From IMG/VR virus record IMGVR_UViG_2773857766_000003, positions 1 through 64,000 of that record: DNA of 64,000 nucleotides; one strand, written 5' to 3'. Both the position numbers and the translations under genes were made by a program. Numbering within the stretch: the stretch's first letter is position 1; the number at the start of each line of letters is the position of its first letter. A model generated the notes under the pieces. That model was not told the DNA's origin, made no database searches, and saw nothing but the letters and a program-made list of their open reading frames with translations. Shown piece after piece: positions 46,337-55,493 of this stretch. The stretch comes from a virus (Duplodnaviria; Caudoviricetes).

Positions 46337-47386
46337 TCACTGCTCCTTGATGGGTACGACCAGTTCCACCTCCTTGACGCGGCCGTCGTTGGTGGTCGCC
46401 GCGATGGAAATCTGGTACTTCGTGCCGCTCTTGCCGCCCGCGTACACCCACACCTTCACGCGTTGGGCCGTGATTGCGTAACTGGGCGGCATGGGCATGG
46501 CCGGCATCACCTTGAGCGCCACGGCCACGATCTCGTCGCCGGGCGGAAACCACTCGGCGAATTCGATGTCGTAGTCCTGCACGTCGGCGGGCTGTTGTGG
46601 GGGGCTGGCTCTGAACATGCTGGTGCCCTGGTCGGTCACATAGAAGGTGGTCATGGTGGGCGGCACGAGGAACGTGCGCGATTCGGGCGCGGGCTCGTCA
46701 AACGGCAACCGCTTGAACACATCGGGGTCGATCTCAATGACCGCTCGCCCGAGCACGGCAACTGGACCACGCGCGCCGACGTGGAAGCGGGCGGTGCCGG
46801 CCGCCGCGGCGCGCAGTAGCACCGCCAGCCGGGCAGAGGTCCGAGTGCGCGTCACGATGAAGGCCTGGGCCCTCGCATCGACAGGCGATCGGACGCGGCG
46901 GCGCGCGAACACCGTGCCGTCCGCAGTGATGCCGGCGAAGGGCGTGGACCGGACCGGGCCACGGCGGACAAGGCGCGTGGCCGGCGAGAGCTTGGCGCGG
47001 GCCGTGCCCGAGGCACCACCCCGCGCCAGGACGTGTGCGCGCAGTCCAATGCTGGCGCGGGCCTTGGCGCTGACCACGCCACGCACAGGCGGCAGCGTCA
47101 CCTTGATGACGGCGCGCCCACGCGCGGCGATCAGCCCATGGACCTCCGCGTGCCCGAGAGCCCCAACGACAGCCGCCCGCGCGATGGCGTCGGCACGGAT
47201 GTGGGCCTCGACCCGGCCCAGGCGGCCCGCCAAGCTGGCAGCAGGCTCGCTGTGCACGCGCGCATAGGCAAGCACACGGCCGCCTGCGCGGATACGTGCG
47301 TAGCCCCGTGCATCAACGCGGACGCGAACAACCTGCTCCCCGGCGGGACCGTTGATCGCAAATCCGTTGAACCTTCCGCGGTTCAC
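46337..47386 (-). CDS. Virion structural protein with C-terminal fibre-adaptor-like domain
   Basis: Ala/Arg-rich repeats, then QPADVQDYDIEF..TNDGRVKE. Confidence 0.6.
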   Translation of the reverse strand: MNRGRFNGFAINGPAGEQVVRVRVDARGYARIRAGGRVLAYARVHSEPAASLAGRLGRVEAHIRADAIARAAVVGALGHAEVHGLIAARGRAVIKVTLPPVRGVVSAKARASIGLRAHVLARGGASGTARAKLSPATRLVRRGPVRSTPFAGITADGTVFARRRVRSPVDARAQAFIVTRTRTSARLAVLLRAAAAGTARFHVGARGPVAVLGRAVIEIDPDVFKRLPFDEPAPESRTFLVPPTMTTFYVTDQGTSMFRASPPQQPADVQDYDIEFAEWFPPGDEIVAVALKVMPAMPMPPSYAITAQRVKVWVYAGGKSGTKYQISIAATTNDGRVKEVELVVPIKEQ

Positions 47387-47404
47387 GTCCTGCCGCCCGC
47401 GCGG

Positions 47405-47821
47405 TTACATCAGCTGCAGGGTGAAGTCCCCCGTCAGCGTCTGGCTGTCCACCACGAACACGTCATTGATCTGGAGCGTGCGCGGGCTGGCCAGCGGCTC
47501 CGAATACATGAGCGTGGCAGTGGGATCGTTCAGGGAGTCGCCCTCCAGGATGCCAATGTGCGTCACCGTGACCTGGGCCCCGCTCACCGGCGGGAACTCG
47601 GCGCGCACCGCGTTGTAGGTGCCACCGTTCACGGGCGAGGCAAACGCGCCGGTGGGCACGCGGCGATACCACGATGCGGCAACCTCGGTTCCGGCCGTGA
47701 AGGCATCGGTAGGGTCGGCCGTGAACAGCGCGAAGTACGGGGTGCGGATCGCAGGGAACGCCTGCTGGCGCAGCGTGGCGTTGATGACCGCATTGGCGAG
47801 GGAGTTGGAGAAACCGGCCAT
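47405..47821 (-). CDS. Virion structural (tail/head fibre-type) protein, 138 aa
   Basis: AGGAGG RBS; MAGFSNSLAN..YFALFTADP..VTHIGI. Confidence 0.7.
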   Translation of the reverse strand: MAGFSNSLANAVINATLRQQAFPAIRTPYFALFTADPTDAFTAGTEVAASWYRRVPTGAFASPVNGGTYNAVRAEFPPVSGAQVTVTHIGILEGDSLNDPTATLMYSEPLASPRTLQINDVFVVDSQTLTGDFTLQLM

Positions 47822-47839
47822 GGAGGCCTCCTGTGGTTT

Positions 47840-47861
47840 CGAGCACTCCAGCGCCCCGGTT
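47840..47861 (-). promoter_or_regulatory. 22-nt leader element AACCGGGGCGCTGGAGTGCTCG (GGA-loop hairpin), copy 1
   Basis: Identical to 51221-51242; lies between the promoter motif and the RBS. Confidence 0.8.
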
Positions 47862-47892
47862 ACGAAAATGTGCTGCCAGGATGGCAGGCTTG

Positions 47893-48522
47893 TCACATGG
47901 TCGGCGCCACCTCGTTGGACGCCTTGACCTGCACGCCGAGCGCGCCCTGGAACAGCTCCAGATGCGAGGCGGCCAGCGCCTGGTTGCCAGCAAATTCGCC
48001 ATCCACGGACCAGGCCCGGAACAGCATGAAGTGGCGCAGCGCATCCAGCCAGCGGGCCGGCACCCATGGCGCGGCGCTCTCGTCCGCCAGATCCACGGCA
48101 GCAGGCGCCACCACCGCACGCACCTTCACGCCCGCGCGGGCCGGCGGGTATACCAGGTACTCCCGCGGCGTGCGCATGTCGTGCATGAAGTGCTGCACCT
48201 CCAGCGCGGGCGTCTGCGAGCGCCAGGCACCGGCCACGGCGTCCAGCGTCCACAGCGCGGTCTTCGTGATGCGGCGCTGCGCGGTGTTGGCGTTGTTGGT
48301 GATGTCGATGAGCGTCAGCACGTCGGGCGGTAGCTCCTGCTGCCAGCCGGCGGCCAGCACCAGCTCGCGGTCCTGCGCCAGCTGGTCGGGCCGGTACTCG
48401 GCGAACGCGCGCTGGGCCGCATTGAAGAAGTCGAGCAGGTCGGCTCGCGTCCAGCGGACGCTCCCCTTGTCCTGCAGTTCGCGCGCCACGTCGTCCAGCA
48501 GCTGCTTTACGTTCAGAGCCAT
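47893..48522 (-). CDS. Head-tail adaptor-like protein
   Basis: LQD..VRWT..LLDFFNAAQ..RPD motif. Confidence 0.7.
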   Translation of the reverse strand: MALNVKQLLDDVARELQDKGSVRWTRADLLDFFNAAQRAFAEYRPDQLAQDRELVLAAGWQQELPPDVLTLIDITNNANTAQRRITKTALWTLDAVAGAWRSQTPALEVQHFMHDMRTPREYLVYPPARAGVKVRAVVAPAAVDLADESAAPWVPARWLDALRHFMLFRAWSVDGEFAGNQALAASHLELFQGALGVQVKASNEVAPTM

Positions 48523-49133
48523 TGCGCCCTCCCCCGCGGCGTGCTCGGCGTGTGCGAGCGCCACACGTCGGTGGTTGCGTCATCGATCGCGGCGCTGAAC
48601 AGCGCGAGCGCCACGGCGGCCTGGTCGGGCCGGTAGTAGTCCGTGCCGGCGGTGGCCAGCAGCTCCGCCTTAGCGCCGTCACGGATCGCCTCGTGGTAGA
48701 GCCGCGCCACACTGTCGGGAACGCTGGTGCCGCGCGTGGAGGGGATGAGCGAGGCCCGCACCTGCACGGTGCCGCCAGCCCCGAGCGCGCCGACGGTGAA
48801 AGAGGCCAGGTCAGTGGTCACGAGGTAGGCGCAACCCGCTCGCGCGTGGCGCCAGGGGTCAGCGGGCAAGCTCCCCTCCTTCGCCACCTCCAGGGGCTTG
48901 CCGTCCAGCGTGGCCGCCTCGATGCGGCGCAGCTCGGCGCCCTGGGGCAGCTCGAACGCGTATTCGGCGAAGGGCGTGCCCGACACATCGACCGGCTCCA
49001 GCCATTCCTGCCACGCGCGCGTCTTCCGCAGGAACTGGCGCGCAGCCCGGTTGATGCACAGGTGGATGAGCGGCGCGGGCGCCGTGGGAGCAGCCAGCAC
49101 CAGCTCGGGCATCCAGTTGTCCCACGATGCCAT
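48513..49133 (-). CDS. Head-tail adaptor-like protein
   Basis: AARQFLRKTRAW motif; position after capsid genes. Confidence 0.65.
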   Translation of the reverse strand: MASWDNWMPELVLAAPTAPAPLIHLCINRAARQFLRKTRAWQEWLEPVDVSGTPFAEYAFELPQGAELRRIEAATLDGKPLEVAKEGSLPADPWRHARAGCAYLVTTDLASFTVGALGAGGTVQVRASLIPSTRGTSVPDSVARLYHEAIRDGAKAELLATAGTDYYRPDQAAVALALFSAAIDDATTDVWRSHTPSTPRGRAQWL

Positions 49134-49139
49134 GGCGCG

Positions 49140-49511
49140 TCAGCCCTTCACCAGGGAGGCAGCACCCGCCTTGCGCACGCGTCCCGTGGGGGCGGTGTTG
49201 TCTTCCTTGGGTAGGCCGTCGCCGGTGGAGGCCGGCACGTCGTCGTCATCGTCGTCCTGGGCGGCTTGGGCCTTCTTCGCCTCGCGTTCGGCAATGCGCT
49301 CCGCGCGCTTGGCGGCCACCTGCTGGAATTTCTGCTCGGCGTCGAACTCTTCCTTGGTCTGGAAGCCTTTGATCTGCAGCTCATCGACGTGATCCTCGTC
49401 CTGGACCTCGCACGACAGAGGGGTGCCCTTGAACACGTACGCGGTGCCGTCGTCCGTGCGGACGGTCAGCTCGCCGGTCTTGCGGGCGGGGAGCGCGGTC
49501 AAAAGAAGCAT
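49140..49511 (-). CDS. Hypothetical virion-module protein
   Basis: GGAG RBS; operon position. Confidence 0.7.
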   Translation of the reverse strand: MLLLTALPARKTGELTVRTDDGTAYVFKGTPLSCEVQDEDHVDELQIKGFQTKEEFDAEQKFQQVAAKRAERIAEREAKKAQAAQDDDDDDVPASTGDGLPKEDNTAPTGRVRKAGAASLVKG

Positions 49512-49526
49512 GGGGTTCTCCGGAGT

Positions 49527-49562
49527 TCAAAAAGGCCCCGCCGGGCGTGAACCCGACAGGGT
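49527..49562 (-). terminator. Terminator after the capsid and decoration genes
   Basis: CCCTGTCGGG-TTCACG-CCCGGCGGGG followed by CCTTTTT on the minus strand. Confidence 0.6.
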
Positions 49563-49589
49563 GGGAAAGACCCTTGCGGGCCAGCACAT

Positions 49590-50048
49590 TCAGGCGTTGG
49601 CGTACACCAGATCGACCGCGAGGAGGCCGGCGGGCGTGCCCGTGCCCACGCCGGTAATCTTCAGCAGCACGCGGCGGTCGTAGTCCTTGGGCGCCACCTT
49701 CGCGAAAGCAGCGGGCGTCAGCTGGACGTAGCCACCGGCCGCGCCGGTGTTGTTGTCCACCACCCAGACGGCGCCGCCGTCCTCGGCGGCCGTGCTGAAG
49801 TCCGTGCCAGCCGCGTTCGCGATACCGATGGAAGCGGTGAAGCCGGCGCCCAGGGCGGCCGGAGCGCGCACGTACAGGTGGACGGGCAGCGTGCCGGCGG
49901 GCAGCACGCCGATGATGCCCACGGTGCCGGCCACATGGTCGGCCGCGACCAGCTGCTGACCGCAGCGGGACACGACCAGCTCCGGGCCGCCGGGGGTGAT
50001 GGCGTTGTCATAGCCCGCCAGTTGGGGGCTCTTGTTGGCGAAAGGCAT
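49590..50048 (-). CDS. Probable capsid decoration/cement protein
   Basis: 152 aa, beta-rich, directly after the capsid gene; AAGGAG RBS. Confidence 0.65.
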   Translation of the reverse strand: MPFANKSPQLAGYDNAITPGGPELVVSRCGQQLVAADHVAGTVGIIGVLPAGTLPVHLYVRAPAALGAGFTASIGIANAAGTDFSTAAEDGGAVWVVDNNTGAAGGYVQLTPAAFAKVAPKDYDRRVLLKITGVGTGTPAGLLAVDLVYANA

Positions 50049-50083
50049 GTTCGACTCCTTCTATGGTTTCAGGGGGGACCGGA

Positions 50084-51199
50084 TCAGCGGGGGGCTGCAG
50101 CGGCATCCACGGCGAACAGGCCTTGGTCGTGGCTCACGCCGTCCCAGTTGAACGTGGTCTTCTTGAAGCCGAAGATGGAGGACGTGGTGATGACCACCTG
50201 GTTCCCGTTGTCGCGGGTTTCTTCGTGCCAGCCGTAGCGCATGCCGGTGCCCGGGCTGCCAAACGCCAGCACCCCCGCCTGTGCGCCCATGAAGAGAGCG
50301 CGCGCGGTGGACACGTTGCCGCCCGCGCCGTGGTTGTTGTGGCGGATGACGTTGCGATGGCTGTGCAGCACCACGTTGCGGTGCATGCCGAGGGCCGATC
50401 GGAACAGCGGAGACTTCGCGCCGAGCGATGCGGCGGCCGCCTTCTGCAAATCCATCCACGCGCCCGTGGAAGTGTCGTTGCGCAGGTCGTCCTCGTGCCA
50501 GGTGTGCATCACCATGACGAAGACCTCCTCGCCGTCCACCACGCACGGCTGCAGAACCGGGATGTTGGTGGAGCCGCCGCCCTGAGTGTCGGCACGGGTG
50601 CGTGCGTCGCCCACGAGCTTCAGCGTCATCTTGTCGGTGGCGTCGATGTTGGCCGTGCTGGTGGCGTCGCCTGCGAACAGCTGGTGGTTGACCGTGGGAG
50701 CGGTCAGCTTGTTGTTCGCCCGGCCTTGGTAGCCCAGCGGCAGCAGGAAGTTCTCGTTCACGCCGCGCGAGCCCGAGAGGTAGGAGAACGACAGTTCGTC
50801 CTGGAAGCGGCCCCACCAGCCAGCCTGCTGCTGCTTGGCCCGCATGCGCAGATCGTGCAGCGTGCGCTTGCGCGACATACGGCCGCCGGTGTTCACGCCG
50901 GCGCGGGCCTGGTCGATATACAGCTCATCGCTGTAGAACTTCTGCGCTTCTTCCTTGCCGGTGAGGGTGTTGTCACCTTCGACCGGCGCCATGCGCAGTT
51001 CGGTCAGCAGGTCGTAGGTGATGAGTTCACCGGCCTCGGATTCCAGTTCCGTGAGGATCTGGATGGGGGTCTTCGCGCCCTGGCCGACGGCCGCGAAACG
51101 GCGGCCGAAATAGGACTGCTGGGACACATCGAGGGCCAAGTCGCCGGAGAAGCGCTTGACGGCACGCGGGCTGTTCACGCCCGTGCTGGTTTTCGCCAT
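50084..51199 (-). CDS. Major capsid protein (N4-gp56/DUF4043-like)
   Basis: GDNTLTGKEE..IDQAR..KRTLHDLR, RALFMGAQA, FGFKKTTF. Confidence 0.88.
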   Translation of the reverse strand: MAKTSTGVNSPRAVKRFSGDLALDVSQQSYFGRRFAAVGQGAKTPIQILTELESEAGELITYDLLTELRMAPVEGDNTLTGKEEAQKFYSDELYIDQARAGVNTGGRMSRKRTLHDLRMRAKQQQAGWWGRFQDELSFSYLSGSRGVNENFLLPLGYQGRANNKLTAPTVNHQLFAGDATSTANIDATDKMTLKLVGDARTRADTQGGGSTNIPVLQPCVVDGEEVFVMVMHTWHEDDLRNDTSTGAWMDLQKAAAASLGAKSPLFRSALGMHRNVVLHSHRNVIRHNNHGAGGNVSTARALFMGAQAGVLAFGSPGTGMRYGWHEETRDNGNQVVITTSSIFGFKKTTFNWDGVSHDQGLFAVDAAAAPR

Positions 51200-51220
51200 G
51201 GAATGCTCCTAGAGAGGATG

Positions 51221-51242
51221 CGAGCACTCCAGCGCCCCGGTT
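51221..51242 (-). promoter_or_regulatory. 22-nt leader element (GGA-loop hairpin), copy 2, in the capsid 5' UTR
   Basis: Identical to 47840-47861. Confidence 0.8.
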
Positions 51243-51252
51243 GAAAAAAACT

Positions 51253-51456
51253 TCAGGCTTTCACGATGGCAGGCTTGGTACGGGCCGGCACCTTCTTGAA
51301 GGAAATTTCCGGCGCCGCGCACACCACCATGCGCGCGGTCTGGCCGGACTTCTCCACCATCTGGATCACCACGCCCGGCAACTCGAGAACGTCCCCGGTG
51401 CGCAGCTCCATGTGGACGCGGCGCACGGTGTCTTGTGAGGTGTTGGCAGTGGTCAT
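51253..51456 (-). CDS. CsrA/RsmA-like small protein
   Basis: VHMELRTGDVLELPGVVIQMVEKSGQTARMVVCAAPEISFKK follows the CsrA five-strand pattern ([41 protein letters not shown]). Confidence 0.7.
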   Translation of the reverse strand: MTTANTSQDTVRRVHMELRTGDVLELPGVVIQMVEKSGQTARMVVCAAPEISFKKVPARTKPAIVKA

Positions 51457-52442
51457 CAGCCCCTCAGGTAGCGTTCGCGCTTGTCGGGCGAGAGGCCGGC
51501 CAGCGCGCGCTCGTACTCCAGGCCAGACAGCTTGTCCAGGTCCGAGAACTCGTCGCCGGATGGGTCAGCGTCACCGCCGCCACCGGGCACGTCCGCCAGG
51601 TTGGTGACCACGGCGCTGGCGTCCGGCTTGCGCGGCGCGGGAGCCGCCGTCTTGCCGGTCGCGATGCCATGCAGCGCCACCACGCGTTTGTGGCCTTCCT
51701 CGAGGAACCAGCGGTGCGGCTTCGCGGCGTTCTCCGGGGCGGCGGCCAGCGCTTTCACGAACACATCCAGATCGGCCGCTTTCGCCTGGTCCTTCGCATA
51801 GTCCACCAGGCCCAGCTCCGCCTTCGTCGCGGCGTCTGTGACGAAGGTGTTGATGGCCGACACCCACGCATTCGATTCCGCCTGCTCCTGCATCTCGCGT
51901 GCCACCTGCGCCCGGGTTTTGGCTTCGCGCAGGTCCGCACGCTGTTCCTGCAACTCGTCCAGTTTGGCGTGGTACTCGGACGCATCCACCTCTCCGTTGT
52001 CGAACTTCGTGCGCAGGTCGGTCAGCGCGGCCTTGTTGGCTGCCACCTTGTCATCGTAGTCCGCGGGCAGCTCGGCCTTGTAGGTGGGATGCGGAGCTGG
52101 GGCCGGCGCGGGCTTGGCACCGGGGACTGCCGCTGCATCTTCAGCTGGCGCGGGCGCTGCAGCAGGCGCGGGCGCATCCGCCGCTGCAGCTGCAGGAGCT
52201 GGCGCAGGCGTAGGCGAAGGGGCTGCAGCCTGGGCAGGTGCGGGCGCGGGCGCGGCAGCGCGGCCCTTCTCGCCTTCGCCCTCGCCCTCGCCGCCCTCTT
52301 CGTCATCGTCTAACTCGCCGCGGCCAATCTCACGCAGTGCAGCGTCGTTGTCCTCGTCGGGGTTGTAGTCGTCGTCTTCCATCGCCGCGCGCTCGGCGTC
52401 GGAGAGCAGGCGCAGGCGATCGTCGTCCTTGTCCATGGTCAT
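51456..52442 (-). CDS. Scaffolding protein
   Basis: Acidic N-terminus, Ala/Pro linker, coiled coil; lies upstream of the capsid gene. Confidence 0.75.
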   Translation of the reverse strand: MTMDKDDDRLRLLSDAERAAMEDDDYNPDEDNDAALREIGRGELDDDEEGGEGEGEGEKGRAAAPAPAPAQAAAPSPTPAPAPAAAAADAPAPAAAPAPAEDAAAVPGAKPAPAPAPHPTYKAELPADYDDKVAANKAALTDLRTKFDNGEVDASEYHAKLDELQEQRADLREAKTRAQVAREMQEQAESNAWVSAINTFVTDAATKAELGLVDYAKDQAKAADLDVFVKALAAAPENAAKPHRWFLEEGHKRVVALHGIATGKTAAPAPRKPDASAVVTNLADVPGGGGDADPSGDEFSDLDKLSGLEYERALAGLSPDKRERYLRG

Positions 52443-52471
52443 GTTTGGCTCCAGATTCGAAGTTGTGTGGG

Positions 52472-53119
52472 TCAGGCTTTGGGAGGTGCACCACAGCCGG
52501 CCAGAGGCAGGCGAGCCACAAGCAGGCAGAAGATGTGCAGCAGCAGCGATACCGGCACCTCGGCAGCCTTGCCGCTCGCAGAGCGCGCGTCTTCAGAAAG
52601 GCGCAGCGCATGGAGCCTGTCGGCAGTGGTTCCATCGCCCTGGGTCAGGCCGTTGGCGAACTGGGCATGTGCGGCGGCGGACTTGCGCTGGATCTCGCGC
52701 TCGATCCAGTCGGCGCCGGGGTCAAGTACCGGCAGATTGATGGACGGAGCGCCCGACAGCTTGGCCCCCACACCGATCAACGCATAGACCAGCGCCGAAT
52801 TTGCATCGACGTGGATAGGCGACTTCTTCGCCGCTTCGGCCTTCGTCGCCTGCCCCTTCTGGTAGGGCATCCACTCGCAGTAGGGGTAGGACGGAACCGG
52901 TTGCCCCTCCTGCACCAATTCGACACAGCGAAAGCTGTGGACCGCACCGTCGGAGTCGAACACCGACAGATTCACGCGGCCGTCGTCCAGGACGCTCGTG
53001 ATGATCGCGGCGCAAGGCTGCTCGCCGGGCTGACGGGTGAAGCTCGTCGGCCCGCGATGCTTCGAGAGATGAAACCAGACGACCCTACCGACGGTAGGCT
53101 GGATGATGGGATTGGTCAT
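52472..53119 (-). CDS. Conserved phage hypothetical protein
   Basis: PTVGRVVWF..AAIIT..VNLSVF motif; start MTNPII follows the promoter motif. Confidence 0.65.
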   Translation of the reverse strand: MTNPIIQPTVGRVVWFHLSKHRGPTSFTRQPGEQPCAAIITSVLDDGRVNLSVFDSDGAVHSFRCVELVQEGQPVPSYPYCEWMPYQKGQATKAEAAKKSPIHVDANSALVYALIGVGAKLSGAPSINLPVLDPGADWIEREIQRKSAAAHAQFANGLTQGDGTTADRLHALRLSEDARSASGKAAEVPVSLLLHIFCLLVARLPLAGCGAPPKA

Positions 53120-53213
53120 GCGATGTGCTGCTGTAGTTGTTGGCACGCGTGAAGATGGCAGGCTTGGTACGGCGGCAACCGCCGCTCGCGAGCTGTCTTC
53201 AGCCCAGGCCGCG

Positions 53214-53561
53214 CTACTGACACGCCTCGCAGCCGCCCTCGCCCGACAGGTCGCAGGCCTTCCCCAGAGCGAAGTCGGCAGGATCCGGAGCGCTCGGCCC
53301 GGCTGCCGCCATCTCCTCGGCGGTGGGTGTCCCGCTCGACGGGCGGCGGCCACGAGTCACCGTGGTGGTGGTCACGACACGGCCGTGGTCGCTGTCATGC
53401 TCCGAGACCACCCCCTGCCCAATTCGTCCAGCCAGGAACAGGCGCGAGTGCGCCAGCTCCTGCACCGCATCGACCACGTAGGGCTGCACGGGCTCATGCT
53501 CGCCGACACCTCGCACGGTGATGCCGATGGTCAGGTGAAACTCGGTTTCTTGATGGGTCAT
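53214..53561 (-). CDS. Hypothetical protein ending CDLSGEGGCEACQ
   Basis: ATGA-coupled to the Rz-like gene. Confidence 0.6.
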   Translation of the reverse strand: MTHQETEFHLTIGITVRGVGEHEPVQPYVVDAVQELAHSRLFLAGRIGQGVVSEHDSDHGRVVTTTTVTRGRRPSSGTPTAEEMAAAGPSAPDPADFALGKACDLSGEGGCEACQ

Positions 53562-54070
53562 GGTGTGCTTCCCTGGGTGCCGGCATCCGGCCGGCCCGGC
53601 GGGATCACCGGCCAGGCGTCCCGGAGGGTTCGGACATCAGTTGCGTGGCCTGCAGCTTTTGCTGCCATGTCGCCATACGCTGCGCGGCAGTCGTCGTATA
53701 CGGCGTTGACGGCAAGGGCGTAGTCACGGCTGGTGCTGGGGGGAGATGCGGCAAGTCGCCGGGCGGCATCTGCGGCTTGGTCGCGCAGGCCGTCAGAAGC
53801 AACACGCAGCAGGTCAAGCTCCTGGCGCAGCAGCGCCTCACGGGTTCGGGCGGCATTGAGGGCTCCTTGGTACTTGGTGCTGGTCGCGTTCTCGGCGACG
53901 CGGACTCGGGCGTCAGCGGCGCGCTGCGCGGTGCTCACGTCGAGTTGAAAGGTGGTGGCCCGCAGGTTGGCTTCGCCCACCTCCGCATCCATCCGCGCGC
54001 CTTGGAATGCCCAGGCGAGCGCGGCCGCCGCGCCGGCAGCAGCGAGGTGGGTGTAGAGCGAGGGAATCAC
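53558..54070 (-). CDS. Rz-like inner-membrane spanin
   Basis: N-terminal TM plus coiled coil; contains an embedded lipoprotein ORF. Confidence 0.75.
   Translation of the reverse strand: MIPSLYTHLAAAGAAAALAWAFQGARMDAEVGEANLRATTFQLDVSTAQRAADARVRVAENATSTKYQGALNAARTREALLRQELDLLRVASDGLRDQAADAARRLAASPPSTSRDYALAVNAVYDDCRAAYGDMAAKAAGHATDVRTLRDAWPVIPPGRPDAGTQGSTP
53605..53856 (-). CDS. Rz1-like outer-membrane spanin embedded in Rz
   Basis: Lipobox LTAC, Pro-rich, alternative frame. Confidence 0.7.
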   Translation of the reverse strand: MPPEPVRRCCARSLTCCVLLLTACATKPQMPPGDLPHLPPAPAVTTPLPSTPYTTTAAQRMATWQQKLQATQLMSEPSGTPGR

Positions 54071-54288
54071 GGCTGACTCCCAGCGCACGCGGCGTACATG
54101 CGAACGATCGCCTGCGTGTGCAGCCGGCGCTCGAGGCTGGACGCTCCTGCGCGCAGCTCAGGCAGCGGCGGGCAGGGACTGCCCGAGAGTGCGGCCGCGG
54201 CCGACTCCGCCGGGACGGCAGGAGCCTGCGGTGGCGCAGCGCTGCATCCGGCCAGAAGCAGGGCCGCGAGGATGGTGGCGCGGGTCAT
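54067..54288 (-). CDS. Small Pro-rich lipoprotein (second o-spanin-like)
   Basis: Lipobox LAGC; PCPPLP. Confidence 0.7.
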   Translation of the reverse strand: MTRATILAALLLAGCSAAPPQAPAVPAESAAAALSGSPCPPLPELRAGASSLERRLHTQAIVRMYAACAGSQP

Positions 54289-54698
54289 CGGACGGCCTCC
54301 TTCCGGATGCGCTCATTGGCACGCTGGATGGTGGCGTTGATGGCCTTGCGCTCATGCTCAGGCACTGCAGCAGGCACGCCTGCAGCTTTGGCCGCCTTAC
54401 CAGCCGTGGCCGCCGCCGCTTGCGCCGTCTCCGCAGCCGTGGCCGCCGTGTCGGCCGCTGCGGCAGTGAGGTCCGCGGCATGCGCTACGCGACCCGAGAG
54501 CGCGCCCAGGGCAATGCGATTGGCATCCTGCAATCGGGCGATCTCATCGAGGTGGTCCTGCCGGTCTTCGGCCAGCATCTCGCGCATGCGCTCGACGCCC
54601 GCCCAGTAGCCGATGCCGGCCCCGCCACCGACCATTCCAAGAAGCATTGCAGTCCCTGCCAGCACGGCGCGGGCCTGGTGAAGATCAGGTTTTCGCAT
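54285..54698 (-). CDS. TM plus helical protein (second i-spanin-like)
   Basis: N-terminal TM, Ala-rich helix; overlaps the lipoprotein start. Confidence 0.55.
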   Translation of the reverse strand: MRKPDLHQARAVLAGTAMLLGMVGGGAGIGYWAGVERMREMLAEDRQDHLDEIARLQDANRIALGALSGRVAHAADLTAAAADTAATAAETAQAAAATAGKAAKAAGVPAAVPEHERKAINATIQRANERIRKEAVR

Positions 54699-55074
54699 GG
54701 ACTTGCTCCGTCAGTTCGCGCACCTGCGCCTGCAGGCTCGTGATTTCCTCAGTGGCGTGCTGCAGCTGGCGCTGCATGCCCTCCAGTTGCCCCTGCAGCT
54801 TCCCGAGCGCGGTCACTGCCTCGTTTCGCTCCTTGGCGAATTCGTCCGCCCGTTTGTCTGCCTGGGCGCGCGCGGCGCGCTCGGCCTCCAGCAGCTCCTT
54901 GTAGACGTTGATCGCCGACACGCGGCCCGCGTCGTCGGCGCGGTCCGCTGCGCCCCGGCTGAGGTACTGCCGCAAGAACAGGAAGCCACTCGCGATAGCT
55001 GTCATCCCGGCGCCCAGAGCACCGAATGGCCCGCCTGGAAAATTGTTCAAGTCCGGCGAATCCATCGGCATCAC
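54685..55074 (-). CDS. Holin-like protein (one TM plus coiled coil)
   Basis: Follows the putative endolysin. Confidence 0.5.
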   Translation of the reverse strand: MMPMDSPDLNNFPGGPFGALGAGMTAIASGFLFLRQYLSRGAADRADDAGRVSAINVYKELLEAERAARAQADKRADEFAKERNEAVTALGKLQGQLEGMQRQLQHATEEITSLQAQVRELTEQVHAKT

Positions 55075-55493
55075 TCCAGCGCCAGGCGCACGGCCTGTTC
55101 GATGAGGTCATCGGGATACGGTTGCTGTCCGTTCTCGTGCCCGACGATCGCCGACACGATGCGCGCGAGCAGGTTCGCGTCCTGGAGGTCCACCACGTCA
55201 TCGACGCCTACGCCCAGGGCTCGGGCGACCTGACGCGCATAGGACCCGGTGTCGTTTTCGCTGGGCGGCGCCCAGCGGCCGATGATCTTGGCAGGGGTAT
55301 TGAGGCCGTACTTCCGCTGGTACGAGAGCAGCACCTTGGCCAACGCGCGCAGACCCCAGATCGGTGCCGAAAACACCACGAACCGCGGATCGCTACTCTG
55401 GTCCGCGGCCATGCCTTGCCACCGTTCGGTGGTTCGATCGATGTTTCCGGGGTTGTGGTTGCGTATGCCCCGTGGCGTTGGGGTGGTAGTCAT
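55071..55493 (-). CDS. Putative endolysin (P5-like lysozyme fold)
   Basis: RGIRNHNPGNI, WAPPSENDT, HENG motifs. Confidence 0.75.
   Translation of the reverse strand: MTTTPTPRGIRNHNPGNIDRTTERWQGMAADQSSDPRFVVFSAPIWGLRALAKVLLSYQRKYGLNTPAKIIGRWAPPSENDTGSYARQVARALGVGVDDVVDLQDANLLARIVSAIVGHENGQQPYPDDLIEQAVRLALE

Noticed and set aside
52471-52485. Additional late-promoter copy before the scaffold gene (GTCAGGCTTTGG)
   Set aside because: Lacks the CAnnnT hexamer and GTRCC part; coincides with a stop codon context.
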